Shown here in pieces: positions 50,362 through 63,961 of a stretch of 64,000 bases of DNA. The notes under the pieces were generated by a model. It was not told where the DNA came from. It ran no database searches and saw nothing but the letters and a program-made list of their open reading frames with translations. Origin of the DNA: Balanoglossus misakiensis (taxonomy: Eukaryota > Animalia > Hemichordata); assembly GCA_040954595.2 (NCBI GenBank), contig CM082592.2, forward strand, positions 2,408,438 through 2,472,437. The letters run 5' to 3'. The position numbers and the translations under genes were made by a program. Each line of letters opens with the position of its first letter. The first letter of the stretch is position 1.

Positions 50362-50776
50362 AATTAGGCCATGTTGTCTTCTTTAATCAATACATGCCAA
50401 TTTTCACAATTAGAGACATAAAACCAGAGTTACCAACCAAATTTGATGAAAAGTTGGATTTATAGATATTATCTCAGACAAAAAATTGACTGTTTTGAAA
50501 GATATATTGTCAATTAATGATTTGCGTATTCAATAAAGCTTCGCACTTATGAATACATGTCCATAGCTAGTGTACCAAGGAAGACTGTTTTGAGAGGTCG
50601 TCGTCATTGCAATCGGTAGTTTATATAATGAGTCGAATTTACATGGACCTCTCGACTGTCAGTATATTTACAAGAAGTAATCTGACATGCGAACAATCAG
50701 TAGTTTAATATTAAGCAAAGACCAATCTCAGTTGTTATTGGTACAGATGAATTGTGTTGTCCTGCTATAATTGACT

Positions 50777-52739
50777 TTATCGGTCTCTGCCATCCCTATT
50801 CAATAGTGTCACGGTTTCCAAATTTCTCTTGGAATTATTGAGAATACAGTTGGACCTGAAATAAAACAAGAATAGCATTAGGAACAGTAAGCTGATAAGA
50901 GCCTTCGGAAATCATGATAATATGAACATTCTCATATGATTGATACTCACGATTTCATGGTTTCCAGATCTTGTATCGTTTCTGGTAATTTTTTCTTAAA
51001 CGTTTCTGGCAGAAGTAATACGAGAAGACCCGATGTGATGGCTATGCTGCCGACAACGATGTACGTGCAAATGTAACATCTATATTTTAATAATATGATA
51101 TACGGTGCAACTATGCCAGAGAATCCGTGCCAAAGATTGATCAGTCCCATCCCAGTATTTCTGAAACGAAATGTGACTTCGCTGAGGTAAGAATGCAGAT
51201 GTATTTGTCGCAGTTGCTGGCAGTTAGTAAACATTGGAATGAATCATGTTTAAAGAAACGCTTGATGTCAAAATTTGTATGAAGATGAAGTTCAGTGACG
51301 TCTGATGTTGATGTTAACTCTTAGACTTCAAACCTCGCCCAACATAGCATGTAAAAAATAATAGTTTTTCTACTATACGTTTCGCTTCAAGTCATTGCAC
51401 ATGGGAAAAGGATAACTACGTAAAATCCCGGTGTAAAATACTTTACCGCATGAAACTATCAACACTTTTCCTCGAAGATATATATCGAAGATTGACAGCT
51501 TATTTTCGCAATAACCCTTTTATGTTAGCATTCATACCTATACAAATTACAAATCACAAAGGGTCTGTGTTCCAAACAGATTTGTGACATTCGTCATGAT
51601 AGTTTTGTATCTCATTTCACGTTCAGTCAATAACAGAACGGAGATGCGGTTTGCATTTGTCAAATATAAGTCATTTTGATTAACATTCAGTTAAAGTAGT
51701 TTTGGTTACGGATAGATACTAACATCATCGATGATTTTAGACACGAGTGAAATCACCACAGGTAACTTTTATTGAACCTTACAACATGTACTTATTTCTG
51801 CTTCAAGAAAACAACAACAGGATATGGGACATGTACCTTAAGGGAGTGGGAAGCACCTCATTGGCTGTGACAACAGCCATAACACCTGCAGCAGATGAGC
51901 CAAATTTTGCCAGTACCAGAAGCAACAACTTCAACCATTCAGTGTCTGCAGAAAATTGTATTAAATCATCAAGTGGAAGAAACGAGGCTTTTAATTTGAT
52001 TTAGTTAAGTTCTCCACATCATTTGTATCTAATAGTAATAACTGCCTACTGGTAGTTTGTTGTTTCAGGCTTCCAAGCAGTGAGTGGGCTGTGACTCGAC
52101 CAGTATGTTTTCCTGGGTTGGTTCAATCAGCCATTCGAATCAGCGACATTGTACATGTAGTTAATACCCGGCCGGACTGTAACCCAACAGCTTAACCCGT
52201 ACTATATGCTTCCGTTCGTGTAAAATTGTGGAGGGGTTAACATTTCTGGTAGCGGAAACAAGCTGTCACCTCTAAATCTCCCAAGATTTTCGAACTTATA
52301 CGTAATTTGTCATGAATATGTGCATCATTATCAATGCCGACTTCTCAGGAGTCAGATCCCCTTGTGATGTGATATATCTTGCCACAGCTCACACATGCGC
52401 ACAAATGTTTGATGTCGAATCATTCCCAGGTGTGTTTTGGCAGAACCAAGAACAGAGAACACAAATAAGAAAATCCCAATTTGGTCGAAATCAATATCAT
52501 AACGTAATGTTTTTAAATAATACCTACCAGTAATAAAACCCGAAGTTATCCATGAAACACCGGAGATAACCATAGCGATTGAAAGTTGCCATCGACGAGA
52601 AAAGAAATGGAGTGTAAACAAAACGAAGATTATGGCGGGCAAGTCAGCCAATGTTATCAGGAAGTAGAGCAGATATGGATTCTCTGAAAAGTAATCCGCA
52701 TTCAACGCCAGACCATAATACATCAGTAAGTCGGCAAAC
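50777..52739 (-). CDS. SLC22 / organic cation transporter-like (MFS), last four exons
   Basis: Exons 52528-52739, 51837-51945, 50951-51160, 50777-50855 in phase. Motifs YYGLALNA, NPYLLY, SRRW, AKFGSSAA, TANEVLPTPLRNTGMG, APYI and LLLPETFKKKLPETIQD are typical of the SLC22 C-terminal half. Upstream exons not found in the window. Confidence 0.9.
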
Positions 52740-53761
52740 CTGTGGGCCAATGAAAATTAAGATACAAGTATGGCGGATGAATATCATGTTGTGCAACAAA
52801 AGTAGCCAAAGAAGTGATAGACGGCCAGTTATAGAAAACGACAAGACACAATTCTCCCCCCCCCCCCCTTCACACACACACACCTTTATACACACTTTCA
52901 TGGCGTCCCTTGATCCGCTATTGGTGCATTTTACACTCTGTTCAATGATTCCCTTCAGTGTTATAACTAAAAAGAGTTTCTCTGTGTTAACTCCTGAACT
53001 GTATTATGACATTCACGCCTGATAAGGTGTACTAAGCGACTACAATCCGCATAGAACAAATAGCAATAAAGCACACCATAGTCATCAAAGTGTAAACTTT
53101 TGCCTCTGTCTTATGATAATTTTGTTGTCAATTGCTGAGCTTCCAAAAACGTTGCATGCAGCAATGCACGGTCACATTGGAAAAATGATACAGATTTCAT
53201 GCAAATACCACCAATTTCGCAGTTTACTACTGTGAGTTGTTTTTACCTAAAGTAAAAATTTTGACCCAGTCAAATTATTGTTTGCATTATTTTCATCATT
53301 TACTTTTCAAACCAAGATTGCCCCCCATTTAAACAACGTTACTAGTGGGCCATACACAAATGTATCATTAAACTCTGAGTGTTGCCTGTTCGTTTAAATG
53401 CGGTATCGACTAGTATCGACTATGAAAAGGCACATTAAATTCAACCGAAAACAAAATCTGCAACGATCTTTGGATTTCTTACCCGTTGTAACATAAGTTG
53501 ATGACCCATGCACGGAGTCCAGGTGTTTGGAATATGTCAACCAGTGGCCGGTTCTGTTTACCCCGTTCCTGTAAAGCGGTAACAAGATTTCCGTGTGATC
53601 AAAACGACTTCAATTTTGTTTTATACATGTATCTGGATTTTACATTATCACATGTATACATGTAGTTGCTGTATACAAATGCTAATTTTATTCATGGTAA
53701 TTATGTCAACCCAAGATCAGGCTCAAGGTTGAGCGACTGCGGTCAGAGAAAATTGAGTTAA

Positions 53762-54602
53762 GGGAACGTTAAGTTTTTACGGCCGGAGGGGGGGGGGGGG
53801 GGGCTGCGGCAAAATCCAGGGCAGAGTGCTTGCCACCCCAAACCCACCGATGATAATATTTAACAAAGTAAATACATAAAGGAGAATAATCGTTTAAGCC
53901 ATTTTGCATAACTGATATAGTTTCGCGCTACATCTTCTATATACTAGAAGTTTTATAAATGATGTCATGACGAAGATGACGCCAAATCTTCTAACTTTGA
54001 GTGGAGTGGCAAAAAGTTAAATTGGTCCTCCCAAACATTGAGATAATTTGCTTTTGAGTTCATTAAAATGCAGCTTTCAGCTACATATTTTACAAAATTC
54101 TAGTCTAGTGTACCAGGGAAGACTTCTTGCCACCCCACCCCGATGCTTACTTTGAGTGGAGTGACAAAATTAAAAATTGTCCTCCCTAACATTGAGTTAA
54201 TTTTCTTTTGAGTTCATTAAAATGCAACTTTGAGCACCGTGTTTGTGGGAGGGGAACACCCCCTCCCATGCCCACCCCCGCCACTTTTCTTGTTTTACCA
54301 ATTCTAGCAACTACTGTATTGACTTGTCATTTTAATTTGTTCATAGATTTCTTTATTGCAACGATATACTATTATACACTTCAATTACTTTAAGAAATTT
54401 ATAATTGAGGTGTGAGGAGCCTCATTCCCTTTAATGCATACAGTGTACATAGGATCAGGACGGCGAATATTTCTGGGTCTGTCAAAGAGGGGGGGGTCAT
54501 CATTTTTTGGTCCTGGGTGAAGGGGGGGGGGTCGGCCTGATTTTGAAAACCGATGACACAAAATTGCCCCCCCCCCCCCAGCCGTAAAAACTGAACGGTC
54601 CA
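53762..54602. mobile_element. Harbinger-like MITE
   Basis: GGGAACGTTAAGTTTTTACGGC ... GCCGTAAAAACTGAACGGTCC with TAA/TTA flanks. Opposite orientation to 55791-56567. Confidence 0.75.
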
Positions 54603-54609
54603 TTACCAC

Positions 54610-54745
54610 ACTGAACATATGAGTTTTAAGTTTTCTTTTGAAAGTTTCCAGGTTTGTAGATTCCCTGATGCCAATAGGTAGTGCGTTCCACAGTTTAGGG
54701 GCTGCATATGAGAAGGCACAGCCGCCATAGGTCTTCTTTTTGTAG
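54610..54745 (-). pseudogene. CR1/L2 LINE 3' end fragment
   Basis: Minus-strand translation YGGCAFSYAAPKLWNALPIGIRESTNLETFKRKLKTHMF is the typical L2/CR1 ORF2 tail. Confidence 0.8.
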
Positions 54746-55203
54746 TTTGGTGGATGAACGCAGTGTACGAGTGGGAGTGTAAGGCTGGTAGGCAGGATTC
54801 AACAACGTTTGGTGCAGTATATTGCTTTGACATTTCAACCATTGGGAAGCGTTGTTTAGCTGCTATTCTCATCTCTTTCTGTTGTCTGTGTTAGATCAAC
54901 GAATTGTACACTCCATGCAGAGTTTGTATGGGTTAACCTAGTCCTAGCCGTATTTTGTCCGCTTTGCTTACGGCTAGGACTAGGCTAGTATGAGTATATG
55001 CTTCACATGGAAACAGCAAAGGGACTTGCCTATCTCTTTGGGTCTTCGTTCTTATTAAGCCTGATGACAATTTTATTTCAGACTAATATATAGGTAAGCA
55101 ACCGAGAACAAGGAGGTTTTATAGGTTAAAGAGTTTTTACACAATCTGTACAGTTTATTTCTGTCAACTCCAAATATGAGGTTGTTTGCATGCCATGTTA
55201 CAC

Positions 55204-57005
55204 TAGCCCGGAGACCAGGGCGTCGATTCTAGAAAGGAGATGACGACTCTGGCGTTGCCGAGGGACATTATGAACGTGTCTTTGGTAATCCAGAACAATG
55301 GATGACGCCAAATATTGAACGCACATTTTGCAGACCCGGAAATGCAACAAACTCGCCGCATCACCTACAGTAATCATTTGGCCATAACCTTTCGTTTCGT
55401 TGGATTTGAAACGAGTGTTTCAAACGGACCTTCCATGTCAGATTCACGGAATGACTGAAGGAGGACAACATGTTTTCGTCTTTCCTGTGTAATTTTATTA
55501 TTCGCAACAAACTGTAAAGTTGATCTGTTTAATGATTGCGCTTCCCTTCCTGTTATTGTTAGATTATATTCTACTGTGACAGTCGTAAAGTAATTCTCTA
55601 CGCATATCGTTCAGCAAAGTAAAATTTTATTTCAAAAGAAAAGACTGAGAATTATATTTATAACCGGACCAATTATATTTCCACATCTCTCATGCAACCT
55701 AACATTCACTCAAGTAGGAGACAGACAAACATAACTCACACTATTACTAGTATCCCGACTAGTATTCAGTTTATTTAGAAATCTCACTAAGGGACCGTTC
55801 AGTTTTTACGGCCGGGGGGCCCGGCAAGTTTGTGTCATCGGTTTTCAAAATCAGGCCGACCCCCCCCCCTTCACCCTTTGACAGACCCAAAAATATGATG
55901 ACCCCCCCCCCCCACGCCGAAAACATTCGCCGTCCTGATCCTATGTACACTGTATGCAATAAAGGGAATGAGGCTCCTCACACCTCAATTATAAATTTCT
56001 TAATGTAATTGAAGTATATAATAGTATATCGTTGCAATAAAGAAATCTATGAACAAATGTAAATGACAAGCTTAAGTCAATACAATATTTGTTAGAATTG
56101 GTAAAACAAGAAAAGTGGCGGGGGTGGGTGTGGGAGGTGTTGTTCCCCTCCCACATAAGAAAATTTTGTAAAATATGTAGCGCAAAGTTGCATTTTAATG
56201 AACTCAAAAGCAAATTAACTCAATGTTAGGGAGGACAAATTTTAATTTTGCCACTCCACTCAAAGTAGGCATCAGGGGTGGGGTGGCAAGAAGTCTGCCC
56301 TGGTACACTAGACAAACCAGCAAAAAATGAAATGTGGCGGAGAATGAAGGGGGTGGGTGTGAAAATTAGAAAATTTTGTAAAATAAGGGGCGCGAAACTG
56401 CAATTTTGTGGACTCAAAAGCAAAAGTTCGGTAGCAAAAGTATGTGACCCCCCCTAAACGTTAAAAAAAACAGATGACCCCCCCCCCCCTTTTGGACTTC
56501 AAAATTTAAGTGACCCCCCCTGGATTTTGCCGCCCCCCCCCCCTGGCCGTAAAAACTGAACGATCCCTAGAAGCGATAATTTTATTTCGCTTTAAAATGT
56601 CTTTTCCAAAGTCGTACGGCTTCTAATGGTGAAATGTTGTTAGAATTACTGCCTTCTACCACGATTTCACCAGATCAAAAAACTGCAAAACTTCGCGATT
56701 ACCAGCAGTAGAACAAGAAACGGACCCTGATTCCCATAATGGGTCAATGTAAAAACACACTGTCAAAGCACCCTACATGTATGTTATCATGTGTGAAATT
56801 CCCGCAACGGGATGTGGGAGTGGTTTTGAAGGTGTATATCATCCAACCACTGGCGCCCGTCAACATTTGATAGATCACTCGTTATCCATTCGTTACTAAG
56901 CGACCCTGATCGTTGCCAGGGCTACTATCTTTCAGCTCAGCAGGACATTGCTAGACTGTCACCGGGCGTTGGAATTCTAGAATCGACGCCCTGGTCTCCG
57001 GGCTA
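55204..57005. mobile_element. Non-autonomous DNA transposon with 9-bp TSD (Mutator-like)
   Basis: ATGTTACAC-TAGCCCGGAGACCAGGGCGTCGATTCTAGAA ... TTCTAGAATCGACGCCCTGGTCTCCGGGCTA-ATGTTACAC. Confidence 0.9.
55791..56567. mobile_element. Harbinger-like MITE nested in the 9-bp-TSD element
   Basis: GGGACCGTTCAGTTTTTACGGCC ... GGCCGTAAAAACTGAACGATCCC, flanks TAA/TAG. Confidence 0.8.
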
Positions 57006-57270
57006 ATGTTACACCACAGTTGTCTGTGGTTACACTTGTACGTTACTAGAATAACTGCTAAATTGACATGTTGAGGGCGCTATATACAATGGACGGAACA
57101 TTCCAAGCTGTTTGCACAGGTGACGCTGCATGTGTTGCAGTTGCACATGATTTTCAGCTTCATGTTGATCTCTCCAATACATGCAATACACTGCTTCAAA
57201 ACCATGGTCTCTTTGCAACAATGTTATTTGATTGACAATGTCTATAATTGATGGAATGTCTAGAGATGTA

Positions 57271-57438
57271 CAGTGAAACCTGTCATTACGGACACCTCTC
57301 TAATAATTAGGACAGATTTTTCAAGACAAAAATCACTGCAGTGTTTGAATAGAATATTACCTGTCTATCAGGGAAACCTCGATTTTTGAGGACAGATTTT
57401 CTGGTCCCAGGGGCGTCCTCAATAGACAGGTTTCACTG
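57271..57438. mobile_element. Tc1/mariner (pogo-like) MITE
   Basis: TA-CAGTGAAACCTGTC ... GACAGGTTTCACTG-TA. Confidence 0.85.
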
Positions 57439-58017
57439 TACATGACTTTAATTTGTTTATGATTCTAATGATTCTTTGAACGCATGTTTCGTTTTCTACA
57501 TGTACTTCAATCCTGTTGTTCTGCATTGTTGACATATAGTCTGGTTTACTAAATAAACTAGGCAGTTAAACCGGACAGCAGTATTTTGAACAATTATCAC
57601 TGTTTGTTTTCATGATTGGAATTTTTTATGGTTATTCCTAGTAAAATATTCCCTATGTTGCTTGTAACCACAAGTAACCTCTCAACTCGCCATCTACTAA
57701 ATGTGTAGCCAGGTTGATAATTTATTTATTTATCACTTGATATTTATTTATTTATCACTGCTGGCTCCTTCATTGTGACCCAGTTTTGTATCACGTGCTA
57801 CATAATATCAAAGTCCAACCTTCTCTGCTGGCTTGAAGCCTGCTTCGTCGCGCACCGCTTCACCACATCACTCCTACTGGCATATGTGGATCTGGTTATG
57901 AAGTCCTGTATCTGACTGAGTAAGCTAAGTTTACCATTATCATGAAATCCCATTTGGGGCCCAATTCACTGTTTGGTTGGATTCAACTCAGCTCGTGTAC
58001 AGGTCTGTGTGTACCTA

Positions 58018-58113
58018 TAGCCTGGTCCCATACCAGTGTGTTTTAGATATATAGAAATTCACACACTGTGTGTAAGTCTATATCTAAAACACACTGGGTA
58101 TGGTGACCAGGCT
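58018..58113. mobile_element. Short palindromic MITE
   Basis: TAGCCTGGTC...CCAGTGTGTTTTAGATATA / TATATCTAAAACACACTGG...GACCAGGCTA. Related 45-bp tandem duplicate at about 58212-58300. Confidence 0.6.
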
Positions 58114-60457
58114 ACGTCAGAGTCAAAACCATGTGGTGGCCTCGTTGCCATGACATCTCATTTTGAATTCTATTGACTTGCAGATCTAAAAAATGGAAGA
58201 TAGTTGACTCTGTGGCCAGACGGCCCTTGTGTGTGAGTCTATCTAAACACACTGGTGGCCAGACGGCCCTTGTGTGTGAGTCTATCTAAACACACTGGGT
58301 GTAACCAACTAGGCTATAAAAATATGCACAGAATTACACTTCAGTTTTTGTAGCCCAGAATTTTCAGTTCAATTCAGTTCAGTTCATGTCATGTAGTTAG
58401 TCCAAACAAATGAACAGAATGTTGTTGTCTTTTTGGGGGTCCAGATTGAAAAGGAAATGGCTAAATAAACACCGTCAAGTTGACTTTTACTGTCCTGCGC
58501 ATGCACGGCTCGACGTTGGGTGAGTACGATTCCCGGTGATGGGACCCTTGACCTTAGTGAGGGGGTCAGTACTGTGGACTGACTGACCTACCTGCAGAGT
58601 CTGACCTGACAATACGGTGTTGGTCAGACTTCTTTAGGTAGGTTAAAATTATATATGCTAGCTGGACTCTGTGTGGAGAATGAACGTATCTGTCAAGGAA
58701 CTCCTAAATCCATAGCTACATGTATAGCATTTCACAGAAATGTTCACACCACTTTTTCAATACACTACAATGCGCGTGTAAAATTTTACAGGAAGTGTGT
58801 CACCGTGGCATTTCGGGTTCAGTTTTCAGATCTCATATTGGAGATCTCATATTTTTGCGCATCGTGCAAATGTGGTCTAATAAAAGAAAAGATGCCCTGC
58901 ATGAAAAGCGACATACATATTCAATTATATTACCATGGCCTGTGAGTCACATTTTAATTGGTCGAGATGAACGACGTCACTGACCACAAATACTCAGTAG
59001 TGGTTTGTTTACATGCCCGTAAATCTGAATAGTAATATAAGCATACATTTCAGTGAATACAACATTTTGCGTAACACAAGTTCCGGGGCCCCTAGTCTTT
59101 TGCGTAGAACATTTTCGTAAATTTTGATGGTTTTCTTGAGTTCGTTGGCAATATAATGGAAATAACCGACTCCGCCCCGACCATTAACGTTTGATTATGG
59201 GCGCAGGCTCGAAGACAGCCAAAAATTCATGGGCTTGGAAGCCTCGCCCATGAATTTTTGGCTTTCCTCTCGCCCTTGCCCATAAACAAACGTTAATGGT
59301 CTATAAAGCATGTCATTACAAATGTATTACGATTGAATTCTTATTGTTTTAGCGTTTTAGCGTTTTAGCAAAGGTTACCATGGCATCAAAACTCCCAGAT
59401 GAGAAGAAAATTAGTGGAGGAAGAACAAGAGGTAGACACATAATTTTCTATGGTATATTATGCGAAAACAATGGGAAATCAAAAACACACTTAAATTGCA
59501 ACTTACTCCGATACGAGAAAATCAACTACACGGTCCATTATTATCCCAACTGGCGTGTTTTTTTTAATGTGTGTTACAAGCCCAGCGGAAAAAAACACGC
59601 TAGTCCGGAATCCAGACTAATTAATATGATGTCAGAGTGCTCTTCTATTTATCTAAAGTATTTAAAATCGGAAATTCATATTCATATCAGAGCTAAACGA
59701 CTTTGAATTTAATTTTATTAAGCAAAAACACAGATTTTACAATCAACACAGGAAATTTCCCGGTGCTTTTGAACAACCTTCAGATGCAACAGTAACCCAC
59801 ATTTTGACTAAAAAAGACATGTCCAAGAATTGGTAATCTGTTGGAATATATACATGGGCTGATGTTTTGGAATTTGACCACGCATCTCGTTAAAATATAG
59901 ACTGAGTCCCCCCCCCCATCCTGGGGATGGGGGACTGTCTGTCTGTCTACCAGTGTCATCGATCGATCTAAAGAACAGCTTATATCATATATTTTTTAAA
60001 ACGTGGACAAGTATTGATTGGGGATGGCCTGACCTGATTGTATTTTTGTGGGCGTGGTTTGCATATAAATGAACTTTTCTAGACTATTCCTTTTAAATAA
60101 TAATTATGTACGTAGAGAAACATGACAGTGTTAACAAATACAGAGTTAAACTGCACCTACTTTGATGAAACCTGAAATGAATTTAAACATCACAAGGATA
60201 GGATGGCACATGATGCTAGTCATGCCGACTAATTACTAATTTGCATATGAATGAATTAAAAAAAAATTAAAACTATATTTGCGAAACAACAGCACATTAC
60301 TGCACCAATGTGATAAACTTACCAGAAATATGATTCACATTTAATTTGGAATGAAATAAGTAACAGATCTATAGATAATTTTATAGTTTATAGATAATAA
60401 AACTGATATTCAACTAAACAGTCATCTGAAAGTATTCTCCCTCTATCTCTCTGTCTC

Positions 60458-60494
<37 letters not shown>

Positions 60495-60769
60495 TAACTT
60501 TTCAAGAGGTGAGTGTATACGCCAATTTCATTTGAAATTTACAGTATTACAGTAGATATTCCTGAATAGTCGGAATGTGGATGTGATGAAGTTCAGCCCA
60601 AAGTTCAATGAGTTCACTTATACATACACATTTTAATAGATTAGTATTTGGGTTTTAAAAAAGATACACAAGGAAATCTCGAAACTCATTGCAAACACTG
60701 ACAGCTTCCATATCCCTTTTGATGTCTCGCCAGGGTATTATTTTCACACATATTCATTCTCTCTCTCTC

Positions 60770-60946
60770 TCTCTCCTTTCAAATTTACATTGACTATTAG
60801 TAAAAAATTAGAATCTGCAAATTACAGGAAACTTCCTCCCATGCCTGAAGGAATTTAAAAAATAAATGTCTCTATCTTCCTCCTTTTCTTTCTTCTTCTC
60901 TGTCTCTGTCTCTCTGTCTGTCTGTCTCTCTCTCTCACTATCTCTG

Positions 60947-60985
<39 letters not shown>

Positions 60986-61193
60986 ATCCCTCTTTCATAT
61001 CCAGGAGGTATGTATATACCCTACTATTATCATTTTAGTCGAGGAATTAGTTGTTGATTTCCTTTCAAATTTACTCTAGCTATTATTAAAATTTAGAATC
61101 TGCGAATTACCGGAAATTTCCTCCCATGCCTGAAGGAATTTAAAAAATAAATGTTTCTCTCTTCCTCCTTTTCTTTCTTCTTCTCTCCCTCAT

Positions 61194-61242
<49 letters not shown>

Positions 61243-61485
61243 GTCTCTATCTCTCTCTCTCTGTCTATCCCTCTTTCATATCCAGGAGGTATGTATATAC
61301 CCTACTTTTATCATTTTAGTCCAGGAATTAGTTGTTGATTTCCTTTCAAATTTACTCTAGCTATTACTAAAAATTAAGAATCTGCGAATTACCGTAAATT
61401 TCCTCTCATGCCTGAAGGAATTTAAAAAATAAATGTCTCTCTCCCTTATTGTCTTTCTTTCTCTCTCTCTCACTCACTATCTCTG

Positions 61486-61518
<33 letters not shown>

Positions 61519-62684
61519 TTCATATCCAGCTGGTGAGTCTATAAATGTACCCAACTTTTATCATTTTAGTCGAGGAATTAGTTGTTGATTTCCTTTAAAA
61601 TTTACATTAGCAATTACTAAAAATTTAGATTCTGCGAATTACCGGATATTTCGTCCCATGCCTGAAGGAATTTAAAAAATAAATGTCTCTCTCTTCCTCA
61701 TTTTCCCTCTTCTTCTCGCTCTCTCTCGCTCTCTCTCTCTCTCATCTATACAGCGTGTAAGTATAATATACCGTACTTTTATCATTTTAGTCGAGGAATT
61801 AATTGTTGATTTCCTTTATAATTAACATTTAGCTATTACTAAAAATGTAGATTTTGCGAATTACCGGATATTTCCTCTCATGCCTAAAGGAATTTAAAAA
61901 ATAAATGTCTCTATCTTCCTCCTTTTCTTTCTTCTTCTCTTCCTCTCCCTCATTGTCTCTCTCTCTCTCTCACTATCTCTGTCTCTATCCCTCTCTCTCT
62001 GTCTATCCCTCTTTCATATCCAGGAGGTATGTATATACCCTACTTTTATCATTTTAGTCCAGGAATTAGTTGTTGATTTCCTTTCAAATTTACTCTAGCT
62101 ATTACTAAAAATTAAGAATCTGCGAATTACCGTAAATTTCCTCTCATGCCTGAAGGAATTTAAAAAATAAATGTCTCTCTCCCTTATTGTCTTTCTTTCT
62201 CTCTCTCTCACTCACTATCCCTCTCTCTCTGTCTATCCCTCTTTCATATCCAGGAGGTATGTATATACCCTACTTTTATCATTTTAGTCCAGGAATTAGT
62301 TATTGATTTCCTTTCAAATTTACTCTAGCTATTACTAAAAATTAAGAATCTGCGAATTACCGTAAATTTCCTCTCATGCCTGAAGGAATTTAAAAAATAA
62401 ATGTCTCTCTCTTCCTCCTTTTTCTTTCTTCTTCTCTGTCTCTGTCTCTCTATCTGTCTCCCTCTCTCTGATATCCAGCTGGTGAGTCTATACATGTACC
62501 ATACTTTTATCATTTTAGTCCAGGAATTAGTTATTGATTTCCTTTCAAATTTACTCTAGCTATTACTAAAAATTAAGAATCTGCGAATTACCGTAAATTT
62601 CCTCTCATGCCTGAAGGAATTTAAAAAATAAATGTCTCTCTCCCTTATTGTCTTTCTTTCTCTCTCTCTCACTCACTATCTCTG

Positions 62685-62742
<58 letters not shown>

Positions 62743-63176
62743 ATATCCAGCTGGTGAGTCTATAAATGTACCCAACTTTTATCATTTTAGTCGAGGAATT
62801 AGTTGTTGATTTCCTTTAAAATTTACATTAGCAATTACTAAAAATTTAGATTCTGCGAATTACCGGATATTTCGTCCCATGCCTGAAGGAATTTAAAAAA
62901 TAAATGTCTCTCTCTTCCTCATTTTCCCTCTTCTTCTCGCTCTCTCTCGCTCTCTCTCTCTCTCATCTATACAGCGTGTAAGTATAATATACCGTACTTT
63001 TATCATTTTAGTCGAGGAATTAATTGTTGATTTCCTTTATAATTAACATTTAGCTATTACTAAAAATGTAGATTCTGCGAATTACCGGATATTTCCTCTC
63101 ATGCCTAAAGGAATTTAAAAAATAAATGTCTCTATCTTCCTCCTTTTCTTTCTTCTTCTCTTCCTCTCCCTCATTG

Positions 63177-63209
<33 letters not shown>

Positions 63210-63452
63210 GTCTCTATCCCTCTCTCTCTGTCTATCCCTCTTTCATATCCAGGAGGTATGTATATACCCTACTTTTATCATTTTAGTCCAGGAATTAGTT
63301 GTTGATTTCCTTTCAAATTTACTCTAGCTATTACTAAAAATTAAGAATCTGAGAATTACCGTAAATTTCCTCTCATGCCTGAAGGAATTTAAAAAATAAA
63401 TGTCTCTCTCCCTTATTGTCTTTCTTTCTCTCTCTCTCACTCACTATCTCTG

Positions 63453-63496
<44 letters not shown>

Positions 63497-63930
63497 ATAT
63501 CCAGCTGGTGAGTCTATAAATGTACCCAACTTTTATCATTTTAGTCGAGGAATTAGTTGTTGATTTCCTTTAAAATTTACATTAGCAATTACTAAAAATT
63601 TAGATTCTGCGAATTACCGGATATTTCGTCCCATGCCTGAAGGAATTTAAAAAATAAATGTCTCTCTCTTCCTCATTTTCCCTCTTCTTCTCGCTCTCTC
63701 TCGCTCTCTCTCTCTCTCATCTATACAGCGTGTAAGTATAATATACCGTACTTTTATCATTTTAGTCGAGGAATTAATTGTTGATTTCCTTTATAATTAA
63801 CATTTAGCTATTACTAAAAATGTAGATTCTGCGAATTACCGGATATTTCCTCTCATGCCTAAAGGAATTTAAAAAATAAATGTCTCTATCTTCCTCCTTT
63901 TCTTTCTTCTTCTCTTCCTCTCCCTCATTG

Positions 63931-63961
<31 letters not shown>

